DNA of 62,662 bases, counting the filler, from Nemertoderma westbladi (Eukaryota > Animalia > Xenacoelomorpha), in assembly GCA_032718475.1 (NCBI GenBank). It is 3 parts of 3 records of this genome, joined end to end, with 100 filler letters (N's around TTAATTAATTAA, not from the genome) between each part and the next. Parts side by side here need not be neighbours in the genome. Positions count along the whole stretch, not along the records: positions 31,524 to 59,605 come from JAUCBJ010001337.1; positions 59,706 to 62,662 come from JAUCBJ010005479.1; 1 more part is not named here. One strand, written 5' to 3'. This document shows, piece after piece, positions 49,588-62,662 of this stretch (the first letter of the stretch is position 1; each line of letters starts with the position of its first letter). The translations under genes and the position numbers were made by a program. Below the pieces are notes generated by a model, which was not told where the DNA came from, searched no databases, and worked only from the letters and a program-made list of their open reading frames with translations.

Positions 49588-52500
49588 TCATACGGCGTGT
49601 TCATCTCGAGTCTTCGCGTTGTAGCGGTCTATCACTTCATTCAGTTCGTCGTTGTACTCAACTTGTTCTGCCGGATGAATGAGGTGACATAGGTTCACTT
49701 GGTTTTGCCAAGTTTCGTTTTCTGTAAGGAGGTCGATGGTCTTCTCCTCATCAAAGAGTTGGTGGATGTCGTCATTATCTGAGGAGTATGGTGTTCCCTC
49801 AGTTATGTCGTCTACTTCACTGAACTCCTCTTCCCATTCACTTACCTGGTATACCTGTTCTTTGGGTAACCTTTCCATGAGAGTTCTACGGGAAGGGCCA
49901 GTAAAGTACCAACCTACTCTAGTTCTTCCCGCATAGGCTTGTAGTGGTTGCGGTTGAGCAGGCCGTTTCTCCAATGTCTCAAGTGCCTCATGCGCATTTT
50001 GGCCGATGAGTATTTGCACTCCAGGGTAGTCTGTGTTGAATCTAGGTATCTTAAGCTGCTGGGTGAAATCGTCCTCATCCCAGTTATAAGGTTCCACTTG
50101 GCTTGGCTGGTAGCGAAGTTCTTTATCGCCACCATTTTTATTGACCTTATACTGTGTTATCCTAGTTCATCCTGGGGGGTGGTCAATGCACCTACATAGT
50201 AATCTGCAATTACTGTAGATTTCCAAACCTGCATAATTCCTGACATGTTTAACTTAGTTCGGAACTTGGGTTGTCCAGCAAAGATGTCTTCGGCTAGTTC
50301 TTTATCGATGAATGTTCCTGTGCTGCCGGAGTCAAGGAGGGCGTTCACTATATAACTCTTTTTAGGCCCGTGGACTCTCAACTGCACTACGGGAAATTCT
50401 CGGATTCCTACATTGGAAGTTGGTGCTTTCCAAGATGGTTGTCGGTCAGGAGCAGTTGGGGGGAGCTCACTGTCGGTTTCCTTCTCATACGTAAGTGCTC
50501 GATACACTGCGGTATTTATTAGGTAACAGGATTCGTTTTCGTCGGAGAATTCATCCGTATAGAATCCTTCCATCTCAGAACTTTGATCAGTGTCGTTCAC
50601 ATCACTGAATTGGACATGTAGTTCGGACTCACTTACCTGACTCGGGCTGTTTCTTTCGAATTCAGTGTGCAACAAGATATGATGTTTCGTGCCGCACTTT
50701 GCACACCTTGCGTCGGAGTAACAGGTTCGCCGTTGGTGTCCTTGTCTGAGGCCATTATAACACAACCGCTTATCCCACATGACTTCACGTCTATCTTGTA
50801 GTGATTTCTTTAAAAATTTATCACACACACTTAAACGGTGGGGCCCGTCGCACAGCGCACATTTCGGTTTGATGTTACTCGCCTTACCTTGGGTAACGTT
50901 GTGCACTCTCGTTCTTTCCTCGGGCTTTCTTCCGTGAACTCTATTAGGAGACGTAGGAGGAGTTTTTCTTACCTGTTCTCTCCTGTCATGGGTTTGAGAC
51001 TTAAATTTACTTACGTCTTTAGACGCTTTGTTGACATAGTAAGATCTTTCAGTGTCTTTCCCGCTGTCCTCTTCTTGAGAAGCCTGGCTTTCGCCGTCGT
51101 CTGTATAACACACTGGAAACTTCTCCTAGAAACGGGTTTCTCACTTACCTTATTTTCCGGTGTCTTCTCTCTGTACTGCTTTAGGAGCTGTAATTTTACC
51201 TCTCCATCTAAGAATGACATGAGATCCGCCATGGTAGGGTCTCTTCGTTGTTGTTCCATCATATATAAGACTTTCTTGTCCCAGCGTGTACCTACTCCAC
51301 CCTTTGGTAAAGTAGAGGCCACGGCTCCAATAACCATAGAACTCTGATATTCATGAGACTTACCTAGCCAATCTAATTGTCTACAGATCTCCTGAATCTC
51401 ATCGGAAAACTCTATAATCCTGCTGCTAATGAACTTTCTGGGCGCTACCAATTTTGCATACAAATACCTTGCTATGTTATTCCTATTACCATACCTGATG
51501 TTTAATGTATCCCAAACTTGTCTTAATCCATCTGGATGTCCAATAAACTTTAACGCCATTAACTTGGGAGATCCTCCCAAGCACTCGATGAGGAATCTAA
51601 CTTTCTCTCCATTAGATAGCACGGAGTTCTGTATGTTATCTTTGTAATATTCATTAAAAGGTAACCATTTCATCTCATCTCCATTGAACTTGACTATCTC
51701 TCCCACCTTTACCGCTTGACGGGCTTCGGTTCTAGCCATTTGACGCGTAAAACTTTCTCGGGCCATCATATTATTTAATATCGAGTTATCGGTATATAAA
51801 TTTCTCGTTTTATTATCAGGTCTATATGGAATATCATTGTCAACAGGTTTATAATTACCCTTAATAGGGTTTACTATAGGAGTTTCTACTTCACTAGCAG
51901 TATAGATGCGTGTAGGCTCCACACCTTGCGCATGAAATACTTCAGACCTAACAGGTTGACACATTGTTACCGGGGTTGGTGGTATACCCCTTTGGGTATT
52001 TACTAATTTATCGCGTTCTAACGCGATACTCTCTGCAACTCTAACCTAATTTCCCTTACCGTGCCCTTGAACTGCTGAACAGTTCCTTCCATCTCCCGGA
52101 CCTGCTGAGAGGAGCACTTACGGTGTTCCCTCAGCTGCCCGAGCAGGAGACCCATCTCCCGTCGTCCCTCATCTACCCACTCTACCACCGAAGCGGGAGC
52201 CGCCAACATAGTAGCGGGCGGACGAGGGACAACGGGCAACAAATCATTGATATTTCGCTCGGAGTCGAGGACAGGAACTGTCTCAGGGGTTGTTCTGCTG
52301 GGCACAGGTAGTTTAGTACTGTGCAAAGGGAATTTAGAGGTAGGTTCTGGGAGTACAGGTGTCTCTATCACCGAAGGGGTGGCTTCGAGAACAGGCCTAA
52401 TTATTTCAGGCTCATCTACTATAGTAGGGAGTCTTTCTATTTTAATAATTTGGTCTGTGGGTTCTGTACTACCTAAGTCTGTGCTAGCTAGTTGCCTTCT

Positions 52501-53986
52501 AACAGCTGGGGGCAAATCAGGCAATTTCTGACGGTGGGACATTCTTCTATGTCTACTTAGACTAGATCTATTTCCTCCACCTTCAAGATCGGTGGTATCG
52601 CCTTCATCAGATGATGTATATCCCTGTCTTTTGGGAGTAGATCGACTCATCATCTGCATTTGACTAGCTGTTAACTGTTTATTTATGCAGTCTTGATTCT
52701 CTTGAATATTTTCCAACTCTAGTTGGGTGGTCTCTTCAGACGCTCTCCGTTCTGCTTCTGCCACTGCCTCTGCCACTGCCGCTGCCGCTTTTCTTTCCGC
52801 TTCGGCCGCTGCCACTGCCGCTGTCTTTCTGTCTTCTATATGTTTTTTCTTTACCTGTTCTTCTTGGACCCTAGCGATGCGGAGGCATTCGTCAAATTTA
52901 GCTTGGTTCGCAGCTAACATTTCCGCATCTATTGCGTCCAACACAAACTTGGCTCCTTCACTATTAGGACGAAGTCCAGCCAGCCTTCTCCTCAACTCTT
53001 CATCACCTAGAAATCGTTGATAGTCTGACAGATAGATGTCAATAGCGTCCCTCTTATGCGGTTTCTCTGCTGTCGCTTCACGTAGCGTCTGTTGATTCTC
53101 CATGGGTTGAGCGCTCAGCCAGCTGAGATTTCCACTGGGCCGTTCCTTGAACCTTGAGACTCACCCGCTGAAACCAAGTCTTTACGGCAACTTGCAACGA
53201 TGTGTCTTGTCTTCTTTTCGAAGCTTCCTCAAAGGCCTATAGGATTAGTCTGATTCTTAGAATTCTTTCTCGAACTTGATAAAGCAGCTTTCCCTGCTCT
53301 TGAGGTCCCTGGGGTTGTTGAAACAGTTGTTCCTCTAATCTCTCCAAAGAGCTGAAGAATCCCTGTACATATCCTGCTGCCGACCTCTTCCATACAGCTG
53401 GATCTCTAGTGTCTTCTGTCACTCCCATCCTGTGTATGTCTTCCCAGGCAGCTTCCGATAAGTCAAACGGGAGTCCGGGTCCGGGGAAGTTCCATTGCGA
53501 CTCGACAATAGACTTCAGTTCCTCCCTTGTGTATCCCGCATAACTGTCCTTGGTCGATTGATTACTTCTCGCCCAATCAATTTGGTGTTCCTCCACCGCA
53601 ATCAATACCCTAGTGAGTACGGCTGCAGAAAGAATGAGAAGGGGATCCGAATAAACCGCATCTGCCATCTTTGCTCCGCGCTCGGGTGTCAGCTCTACAG
53701 TATCCGAACTACTGGAGCTATCGGGCCGCTGAGAAATAATTTCTCGGCTCGAGTGTTGCTGCTGTTTAACAGCTGCTTCTTGGTCACGCTTGACTTGGGC
53801 TCGAGTGCCTATGATAGACCTACGGTGTTGGACTAGCCTAGGGTCTGATACCACTACTGGAGGGATGATCTTTCTTACAGTAGGAGGTGAGTTGAACTTC
53901 GGTCTCACACGTTCCACACTCCTGTCTGGATCACAGATGGTTGTATCTAGGAGACTGTCTGACAGGTTTTGCTTTGTGTCAGACAT
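49588..53986 (-). pseudogene. gag: BEL gag-protease, frameshifted
   Basis: ORFs 53237-53986, 52018-53103, 51011-51964, 50157-51113 and 49588-50097 are collinear with copy 1. Confidence 0.92.
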
Positions 53987-55888
53987 GTTTGTTTGTACAG
54001 TTGAATGCCTACTGCTATAATTACAGTTAAAGCAAGTCTAATAATTCAGTATCACTGTTAGCCTAGTAATTAATTACCGATATCGTTACTCTAGGTAACG
54101 TGATATATATACAATATATTAGAGTACCGGTATACACTTATAGTATATATATAAGTATTATTACAGACTAGGTTTGTCACAGAATACCAGTATATAATTT
54201 CAGCGCAATATATATAAATATATAATAAGCCTATCGTGAATACCAGTATACAACTTACACTTATAGTATATAAGTATAATTATAGACTAGAATTAATTAC
54301 AGAATACCGGTATATAATTTCAGCTCAAATTTATAGAAATAAATATAATAAGCCTATTGTAAATACCGGTATGTCAATTATTTTAGAATAATTGAATTTC
54401 CGAATTTTTAGGGGTTACTTGGTTACTTTACTTTACTTTATTACCGTTATTTAAGCAGTAGTCCAACTGATATTAAGACCTAATTGTTGTATTACAGGCC
54501 TACTATTTTATAAATCGATTTGAGTTGATTTATAATATATATACCCGTATAATGGGTTTTTGTCAATATTTGAAATAAATGTTATTATTTCTGGGAAATA
54601 GTCACTACACAGAAGCTGTACGCTCTCAGTGAAGTGCTACTTGTTGGACACTAAAACAAATAATTCTAATTTGCCTAAGTTACTTAATACTACAAATTGC
54701 GTACAATACGGGGTGAGATTACAATCTCTAAATAAACACAAAAATTACATGTACGAATTTTTAGGGTAATTTTAGAAGAAGTCTACAAACCAGCCTAACA
54801 AAGGGTTAGAATATCTGGTTATTACAAACGGACTGGATAATACGGTATTTGAAAATAATAAAGCAGTAGTAAATATACTGCGTTGTCCAGATAGGAAAAA
54901 TACCACCGTCTGACGACTTATAGCCATAACGCTATAAGTACTACGTTATGTATCGCGGAGTGTTCCTACCTAGAAGTTAATTACCGCGGCCTACCAGAGC
55001 CAACGTGCCTATTAACCACTTTACAACACAAATATACTGCCTACACACTAATTACCTTCGGAAAGCACTGTACACTAAACCCTAAATTAGGTACAAGTAC
55101 TTATACAACAAATAATCAGTAGTTAAAAATACTTGTACAGCTAAAAGAACCACGGTATCTGCCGGAGTGACCAAAGCATAAAATCTCCAGTCTTTACCTA
55201 CGCCAAACAGCCCTGATGTAGTACCGAGGTTAATTTAACTATAACGGTTTGTATAACAAGCACAATTAATGTAGGAATAAACTTGGGGGTATGAATGTTG
55301 CGAATAATCGCATAAACTCTGAATAATAAATATTACGCTACCCTTACAGACTACACAAACAAAAATACAGACCAAACGCTGGCAGACTACTATCAAGCCT
55401 AAATAAACCAGAGTATATGCAGACTCCGAAATGGTTAGTTAGTATGCGTTCTAACCGAGTAGTACGACTTATTCTTTCAGGGGGGATTTGATTTACCTTA
55501 CAGCACTGGATGCCACCCACTTTCCTAACTAGTACTTTATCGGACATACACTCTACACACACTGCAATCTCTTCAGACTTAACAACAGTCAGACAACAGT
55601 CCAGCCTACAAATTATCTGTACAATCTGGGCAGGCTTATACGTCTTCTGCTCAATATTAACTTATAGATAAATAAAACTGACAGAAATAAGTAAAATCTC
55701 AATAAAAAACCAGGGCGGCCGTCCCTGATTAAATATTAAGACCTACCGGTATATAATTATCAAAAACGAATAATACTGCTGTACCTGTACTGCTGTAAGT
55801 ACCGGTTCGGGTGGTTAGGTAGTCAGGCCTATTGGTTACCGGTCGACCGGTACTTTTGCCCTTTATTGCCTACGTGCAATAAAGAAGC

Positions 55889-55900
55889 TATAACTGTTAT
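55889..55900 (-). promoter_or_regulatory. Non-tRNA primer-binding site, complementary to LTR-internal 56624-56635
   Basis: Plus TATAACTGTTAT versus ATAACAGTTATA inside the LTR. Confidence 0.7.
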
Positions 55901-57055
55901 TGTTCGCGCTTTTAGACCTTTAGCAGTTTAACCTGCCAAATTTAGGTGTCTTCTAGGTTATAAATCGACTTTAGCCTATGATGAGTATTTGATACACTAC
56001 ATTAGCCGAAGCCATCCTATGCGCGACCATTCACCCGTTGGATATACCCGGGAGACTGGATTCGGAAGCTCTGACCTTATTGCGGTGTAGGCCTACTGTA
56101 TTATTCGATTGATCGTTAATATATAATCTCTGACAAATATTATTCACTTTCGGGAAATATCAACAGTTCCTTTAGGACGTGGCGCTCTAAGTATGTAAAC
56201 AGAGTTATGACTTACACTAAACACAATGGGATGGCTAATGATTCACGTATAAAGCGCATTCTTTAGGAGATGCTTTGTTATCTATCACACTCATGCACAC
56301 TACCGCAGAATGCTGCACACCGATCTGCCGACCTTCACTAATTTTAATCATATATAAGGAGAACGGCAACCGACACATGTAGTGCCTATGAAATAGCATT
56401 AGATTCACTCCAAAACCAATATAATGTAAGTCGCAATTGCTATATGTAACCGGTCTCTTACCTTCAGTATATCAAGAAGATTGGGGTTTTATGATTATTT
56501 ATCGATATTATCCAAATATAACAATATTCCATCAACTGATATAATTAATAACCGACAGTAAATAGCAGTAAAATAATGCGGTGTTTGTATGTGACCAGGT
56601 TTGTTATGAGTTCGTTAGATAGAATAACAGTTATACGTTTCTATGATCAAAGCCTTTCTAATGTTTGGCTAAAGTCTGAAACACAGAATAATTCCACAGC
56701 CGGTGTTCTAGGCTTAGGGAAAATACACACTGACACATACTGATTTGCCTAGCAGGTTTACATAGGCTCAGTTTGTACATACAAAGAAAATCGCTCTGAT
56801 TGGCTGAATTGGCTGAGCCGAACAAAGAACCAAAGCTCCTTGCAAAAAGCTCCACGTGGATACAGCTGATAGATATCGTCATCTGAGTTCCGATGTTTAG
56901 AGTATTTGAGCTTATTGCGGAGAAAAATGGCTTTTTATGTCCGCTAAAGCACACATGCAGACATAGCGGGCAAAATCGCTTGTTATGTCCGCTAAAATAC
57001 CTACTCGGTATATTGCGGAGAAAAATAGCTTGTTACATCCGCAAAAGCTTTTACA
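55901..57055 (-). repeat. 5' LTR of copy 2 (1155 bp)
   Basis: TG..CA termini; matches the interrupted 3' LTR. Confidence 0.95.
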
Positions 57056-57447
57056 AGGCAAGGTGCACCTTCAAGTTTATTTCTCTTTACGTTATACAGT
57101 ATATTGATGTTGATAACAATGTTTAACGAAAGATGGTCTTGTTGTTTATGGACGATACTGCGATTTTCGCTTCATCACGTGAAAAATGTCAGCATAAATT
57201 AGAAATCTTATTACAATTTTGAACTTCTCATAACATGGTTACTGTATTCTTAGTAAAACAAAATTTATGGTTATAAATTTTAGTGAAAGAGATAAATTGC
57301 CATTGACTGTAGAAGATACAGAACCGGTAGTAAAAAATGCAAAATTCTAAGTATATCTCGGTGCGATTATTTCCGAGGAATGTCAAATTGCTACAGCTAT
57401 TAAGATGCATGCATGATACTGTATTGTAATAAATTGTTCGAAGATGG

Positions 57448-57565
57448 AAAAAATGAGAAAGCGCGTCACCGGGGGTTGAACCAGAGCTATAAGTAGGTTT
57501 CGGCCTATCAGGCCTCATCAGTACGGAAAACAAGTGCATAAATTTACCATCTTCTGCGCCACTAA
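57448..57565 (-). ncRNA. Pol III-like short element containing a hammerhead-ribozyme core (degenerate)
   Basis: Minus strand: A-box-like TGGCGCAG..TGG, CTGATGA-GGCCT-GAT-AGGCC-GAAAC (57497-57521), B box GGTTCAACCCC, T6 run. Confidence 0.6.
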
Positions 57566-57814
57566 TTGTAACATGACATTTTTCTTAAAGTTAAGTGTTC
57601 AATGGTGCTATATTATCTAGTATATACTGTATTCTTGTAACACATGGCTCTCTCCGTGCAGTATGTAGATAACCAATAAATGACTTGTATATTAGATTGG
57701 TTAAGATTTTACTCTATGTCAGAATCACGACACCTAATATTTGATGTCTTACCGAATTAAGTCTGCCTGATGTAAATTCGTTTAATGATGCTATTATTAC
57801 TGTAAATCATTTAA

Positions 57815-59004
57815 GACCCCGGTAGCGCTACTTCAATAATTTTTTTTAATTTCATCTAGAACATATTTTTATCAAGATTTCAAATTTGAAAACCGTTTTG
57901 CAAGATCTGTCCTACTTCTCGAGATGTTGCTGTCTGTCCGTTTTACTGTCGGTTTGTCCGTCAGTATGTCTGTCCGTCAATAAAAAACATAAGATATGTC
58001 TAAAAATTCCCTGTATGGGTTTTCGTGGTCGGTGACTTCAATTCTGATGTCATTAATCAAATTTGGCCTCGTCGGTTCTGTCTGTATGCCTGTCGGTCTG
58101 TCTGTCAAAATATAACTGAAAGCCAAACAGACAATTTGGAAGTCATCAAATGTTAAAATTGACACTCGAAATGAATTCTGCGACCAGGAAAATCCCTATA
58201 GCTAAACTTTTAGCTCAATGCTGTGCCTTCTTCTAATATTTGAAAGACAGATAAGTCGGATGGTCAGAAAGACCGACAGACAGACATACAGACAAACTAG
58301 ATTTCATTAAAATTGAAAACTTACCTCTGAAATGAAATCTGTGACCAGGAAAACCCCCTTAGCAAAATTCTTAGCATGGATTTATGCTTTCTTGTGGATA
58401 GATATATATTGACACATATTGACTTTCTCACATATTAACACTAACAGACAATTTTTGCGCGGGAAGGTTCAAATTTTAAAGGCAATTATCTCGGAATGGT
58501 ATTTTGTGGCCTAAAAAAAGCTTCAGACAATTCAATTTTCAATAAATTTTCAAAAATTTTGCTCAGAGGGGTTCCTGATCGATCTCGAATTCTGATTGTT
58601 TTATTCCAATATGGAAATAAATGGCCAAAATTGAATAAAATATTGATAATTTTTAATTTGTCAAAATTAAACAATAAACAAAACAAAAAATAGCACCAAA
58701 ATGACAAAAGTTAATTAATTTTTGAAATTTTGCTTCGAGATATCGAAAGAGCATACAAACATTTTTTATGCGATTTGAAAAATTAGAAAGAAAAATACTC
58801 AAGATTGAATCTGCTGAAGGTTTTTGGATTTTTGTCCAAAAATTTGTCAATATTTTTCCAAATTTTTGAAAAATTAGAATTTTTTATTTTTATTCATAAT
58901 TACAAATCTTCCATTGACCTTCATACAAAGTTATGGTCGTTTCTAACAATGAGAAGTTGCTCAAGGCAATATAAAAATTATGTCCATGTAGCGCTACCGG
59001 GGCC
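57815..59004. mobile_element. TTAA-targeting non-autonomous DNA transposon (Kolobok-like)
   Basis: TIR G(A/G)CCCCGGTAGCGCTAC with TTAA on both sides (57811-57814, 59005-59008) and RR..YY termini. Confidence 0.7.
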
Positions 59005-59605
59005 TTAAACGGCAGACTAGTATTTAGAACAAGGATGACCCTTTATTCATCGTTTACAATATGTGTAGGACTAGTAAAGCACCGTGTATTAAATACCTAG
59101 ATTCCGTACTTAAATCTGAGTGCAGTATTAAAACTAGTTGCGATAATATTAAAATCGAGATTCGTAATAATGAATTAACAAAATCGAAATTTGGTACATA
59201 CTCAGAAGTCAATCCTGACCTTACCATATATGTAATATTTACACTTCTAGTGCCGCTTACATTCCAGATAATTTGAGAGTAATGCAACTCGTTAGAGACT
59301 CAGCTCCCATAGACGTAAAATCGAGCTCGGACGTTGGTCGCGTATCCCCCGTGAGCAGCGTCTTTGCAGCTGCGGTCTATCGGTACAAAATCAACTACAG
59401 GTATTACGAGATTGTAAGATTACTCTAAGCGTCAGGCAGAGATATAGAAGCATCGTTTATGATAAACTCAATGAATTTTTTGCATGTGACCCAAAGATCG
59501 TTTCTGCTACCTGTATATGTACTGAAATTTTCAGTGCCTTGGAATTATGATCAATTATTGTGTCTGTGCTATTTATGTATATTTATACGGGACTGCGATA
59601 ATTTA

Positions 59606-59705
59606 NNNNNNNNNNNNNNNNNNNNNNNNNNNNNNNNNNNNNNNNNNNNTTAATTAATTAANNNNNNNNNNNNNNNNNNNNNNNNNNNNNNNNNNNNNNN
59701 NNNNN
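59606..59705. other. Assembly gap with linker
   Basis: N block containing TTAATTAATTAA. Confidence 0.95.
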
Positions 59706-62662
59706 TGTATGGGGATTGTAGGGAACATTGAATTTCCACTCAACATTTTTTGTAAGAAGATTGGATTGAATCTTACTAGCATCCTTATTAAGGCATTTAA
59801 TGACTTCCTCAAGCTCGGAATCAGCACCGACGAAGTTGCTGCCACAGTCACTGTACATTGTTATCACGTTACCACGTGCACAAATGAAACGATGGTAAGA
59901 TGCAAGAAATTTATCAGTACTGGCATCCTCAGCTATGTCTAGCCATACAGCTCGGGTAGTCATACAAGTATAGATAACTCCATAGACCTTAAGACGAGTG
60001 CGTTGTCTCTTAAGGATAATTGGTCCCCAGTAATCGACACCTGTTCCAGCAAATGGTCTACAATTGTCTGCAAGTCGATGACTAGGAAGATCAGACATGC
60101 GAGGATGTAATAGTTGGTGCTGAATGATCTTACAAGTAATACATTTCTTGAGTACTTCACGAATTCTCGGACGAGCGTTAATTATCCAGTACTCCCTACG
60201 GAGTTTTGCAAGCACATGATCCTCGCCTCTATGTATCAGAAATTTGTGTGTGTCTTGTATTAAACCAGTAATTATTAATGATTTCTTAGGGATTATAATT
60301 GGTTCAATAGTAGATTGTGGTAAACACTTTGCTCGCTTGATCCTAGAATCAACAACAAGAATTTGGTCTTTGTTTAGTTTAGGACACAAAGTGTTCAAAG
60401 AGGAATTCGGACTAATGGGTTTATTGTTACTTAGTGAATCAATCTCAGAAGAGAAATGTTGAGATTGTTCATAGCGAATAATACACTTAGCAGAAGTTCT
60501 TAGTTCGGAACGTTGTAGTGTTTGGTGAGATTCAATGTATTCCTTCTCCTTGTATGAAGAAGATTTACGATCAATGCGCCACATGATGAAGCGCTTAAAC
60601 CAAGACAATGCTCTGACTGTCTTAGTGAAAGAATTAAAGTATGAAAGTAGACGATTAATAAGATGTTGTGCAAATGTTGCAACTGTGAAAAGGTTTATTA
60701 TAATGTCAGGTTTCAGTTCAGCATCATCTGGTAATTTGGAAAATTCGTTATTCCCTTCAATAGATGGGATGTTAAATTCCATATCCGTTAGGAATGATGG
60801 ACCATTCCACCAGTTTGTGCAATTTAGCAATGTGTCTGCTGTCAGTCCCTTCGTAAGGTGATCAGCAGGGTTTATTGACGTGTCCACATGATGCCACTGT
60901 GAGGTCTCCGAATTGGTTGATATTTCTAGAACACGGTTGGCAACAAACATTTTATACCGTGCTTCTCTGTTACTGATGTATTGCAACACTGTGGTCGAGT
61001 CTGAGTAAAAATAGTGCTGTAAAGGAATTATTGTGAGTTTTAGTTCTTTATCTACTGTATTGCCATTTCGAATTGCAAGTACAGCTCCTTGCAATTCTAG
61101 CCGGGGCACTGACAACTGTTTCATCGGTGCCACTCTCGCCTTTGACATTACAAAAGCTATTTCAACCTTATCCGTGTCTGTAATCTGTTTTGGAATTCTG
61201 CGTAAATATGTAACAGCTCCAAAAGCATTTTCAGAACCATCACAAAAATGATGAATGTCATACAAATCATCATCTTTCCGTTGTGAAAAGTATGGTCTCA
61301 AAATCTCTATTTCCACAATATTATTTAGTTCTACTCTCCACTGATCCCATTTGGTCAGTAGATTATCTGGGACTTTCTCATCCCATTTAAGTTTTAGTCT
61401 CCACATTTCACGAGATATAAGTTTTCCCTTTAAAATTATTGGTGTGAGGAAACCAATAGGGTCATAAATAGTATGTAAGAGGCTTGTAAATCCTCTCAAG
61501 GTCGGTTTGTATACTTGTATGTTAGTACTGTATGTGAACTTATCGGTTGCGGGAATCCACTTGACACCCAGGGCCCTGGATGTGCCAAGCGGTTCAAGCG
61601 AACCTTCTGAAGAAGTCAAGTCAAGTTCAACTTGCTCCTCCGGTGAATTTGATACTGATTCTATGGATGGTTTAATGACTTTACTTGATGGTAATAATTT
61701 CAATAGTTCAGGAGAGTTTGAAATGAATTTTGTGAGATTAAACCCCTTATTTGCTAATAACTTAATGACATCAGTAGCTAGATTAAACGCTGATTGTACC
61801 GTAGGTTCTGAATCTAGCAAATCGTCAACATATAAACTGTCTTTGATACATTCTATGACTCTAAGAGAGAATATATCAACTTGATCTAATGCTGACTGCT
61901 GCAAGGCAAAGCTTGCAATACATGGTGAGTCACGTTTTCCAAAACAATGTCGTAGCATTTTCAGTACTTGTATTTTTGATAAGTCACCAAGATTGGGATT
62001 GTATTCTAATGGTTGATCAGCCCATAAAATTCTCATAGACTCACTGTCTTCATCAGTCGTGCAGACCTGATGAAACATTTTCTCAATATCAGCCATAAAA
62101 CATATGGCATGGCGCCGGAAACGAAGTAATACACCAAGAATTTTGTTGTAATGGTTTGGTCCTTCCATTAAATATGAGTTTAAGCAACGGCCTTTATAAA
62201 GCGCAGCTGCATCATTGACTACTCGGAATTTTTTACTAGTTTCTACAAAATGTGTAGGTAAGTAGTAGGTCTTATTATTGGTAGTTTGAATCTCTTCCTG
62301 TGTCATTAGTTTTGCATGACCCTGATCTATGTAACCCTGTAATGTTTCTTTGTACTTAGGAATTGCATCTGGTCGTTTGCTAAGTCTCTTATGTAATCCC
62401 TTAAGTCGCATTATGGCTAGAGGCTTGTTATCTATTAATTGTGGATTAGGGTCTCTCCACAACATGGCAACTTGGTAGTGACCATTGATAAATTTAATCG
62501 ATTCTGTCATAATTTTTATACTCTTAATATCCTCTTGAGAATATCCCGTTTCTTTGTCTGATATATCATGCGTTTCTTGTTCCCAAAAGGTTTTCAAATA
62601 TCGTTCATAGAGTTTGTCAGTTGCTTCATTCTCAGAAACATCATTGATGACTGGTTCATCTT
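59706..62662 (-). CDS. pol: Intact partial pol (RT-RNase H-integrase) of a second BEL/Pao family
   Basis: Uninterrupted frame from the window edge to the gap: ADIEKMFHQ, YVDD, HFCDGS, SVPRLEL, YSDS, NPAD, HHCC, GVDYWGP, SDCGSNFVGA. Confidence 0.95.

Larger units (their letters stand above)
41257..57055 (-). mobile_element. BEL/Pao LTR retrotransposon copy 2, near full length, frameshifted, partial RNase H deletion
   Basis: LTRs 55901-57055 and 41257-43606 (interrupted); TSD AGGCA (41252-41256, 57056-57060); order gag, PR, RT, IN. Confidence 0.97.
40600..59600 (+). pseudogene. Decayed RTE-X-like LINE ORF2 split by nested insertions (pieces 40600-41256, 57061-57445, 57570-57810, 59009-59600)
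   Basis: KKGNP..CDNYRAIS and DCSKAFDRVSR; GVRQG is reconstituted across the AGGCA TSD; LLFMDDT, YLGA, and RLSSH..IELGRW...REQRLCSC. Confidence 0.8.

Overview
AT-rich, repeat-dominated animal (invertebrate-like) genomic DNA made of three contigs joined by artificial N/TTAATTAATTAA/N linkers (31424-31523, 59606-59705). The window is dominated by one BEL/Pao LTR-retrotransposon family. It includes two full-length defective copies (13505-25965, TSD GTATT, 1260-bp LTRs that look identical; 41257-57055, TSD AGGCA), a truncated copy (28829-31423), a solo LTR nested in another LTR (41780-42983) and an older fragment (~3279-4312). A second BEL family supplies an intact pol at the right edge. Also present are CR1-, RTE- and RTE-X-like LINE remnants, a Sola1-like transposon, and several MULE/hAT/Kolobok-like non-autonomous elements. 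Host genes are an intronless endonuclease V gene (36211-37074) and a PEA15-like death-effector-domain exon (26405-26548, minus) missed by the ORF track. Best candidate for a new system: the BEL family has no tRNA-type PBS. The 12-15 nt next to the 5' LTR are instead perfectly complementary to a motif inside its own LTR, with compensatory changes between copies, as in Tf1-style self-priming. The family also carries a non-env accessory Zn-finger/basic cassette preceded by a covarying structured RNA. All calls come from reading the sequence by eye; no searches were run.
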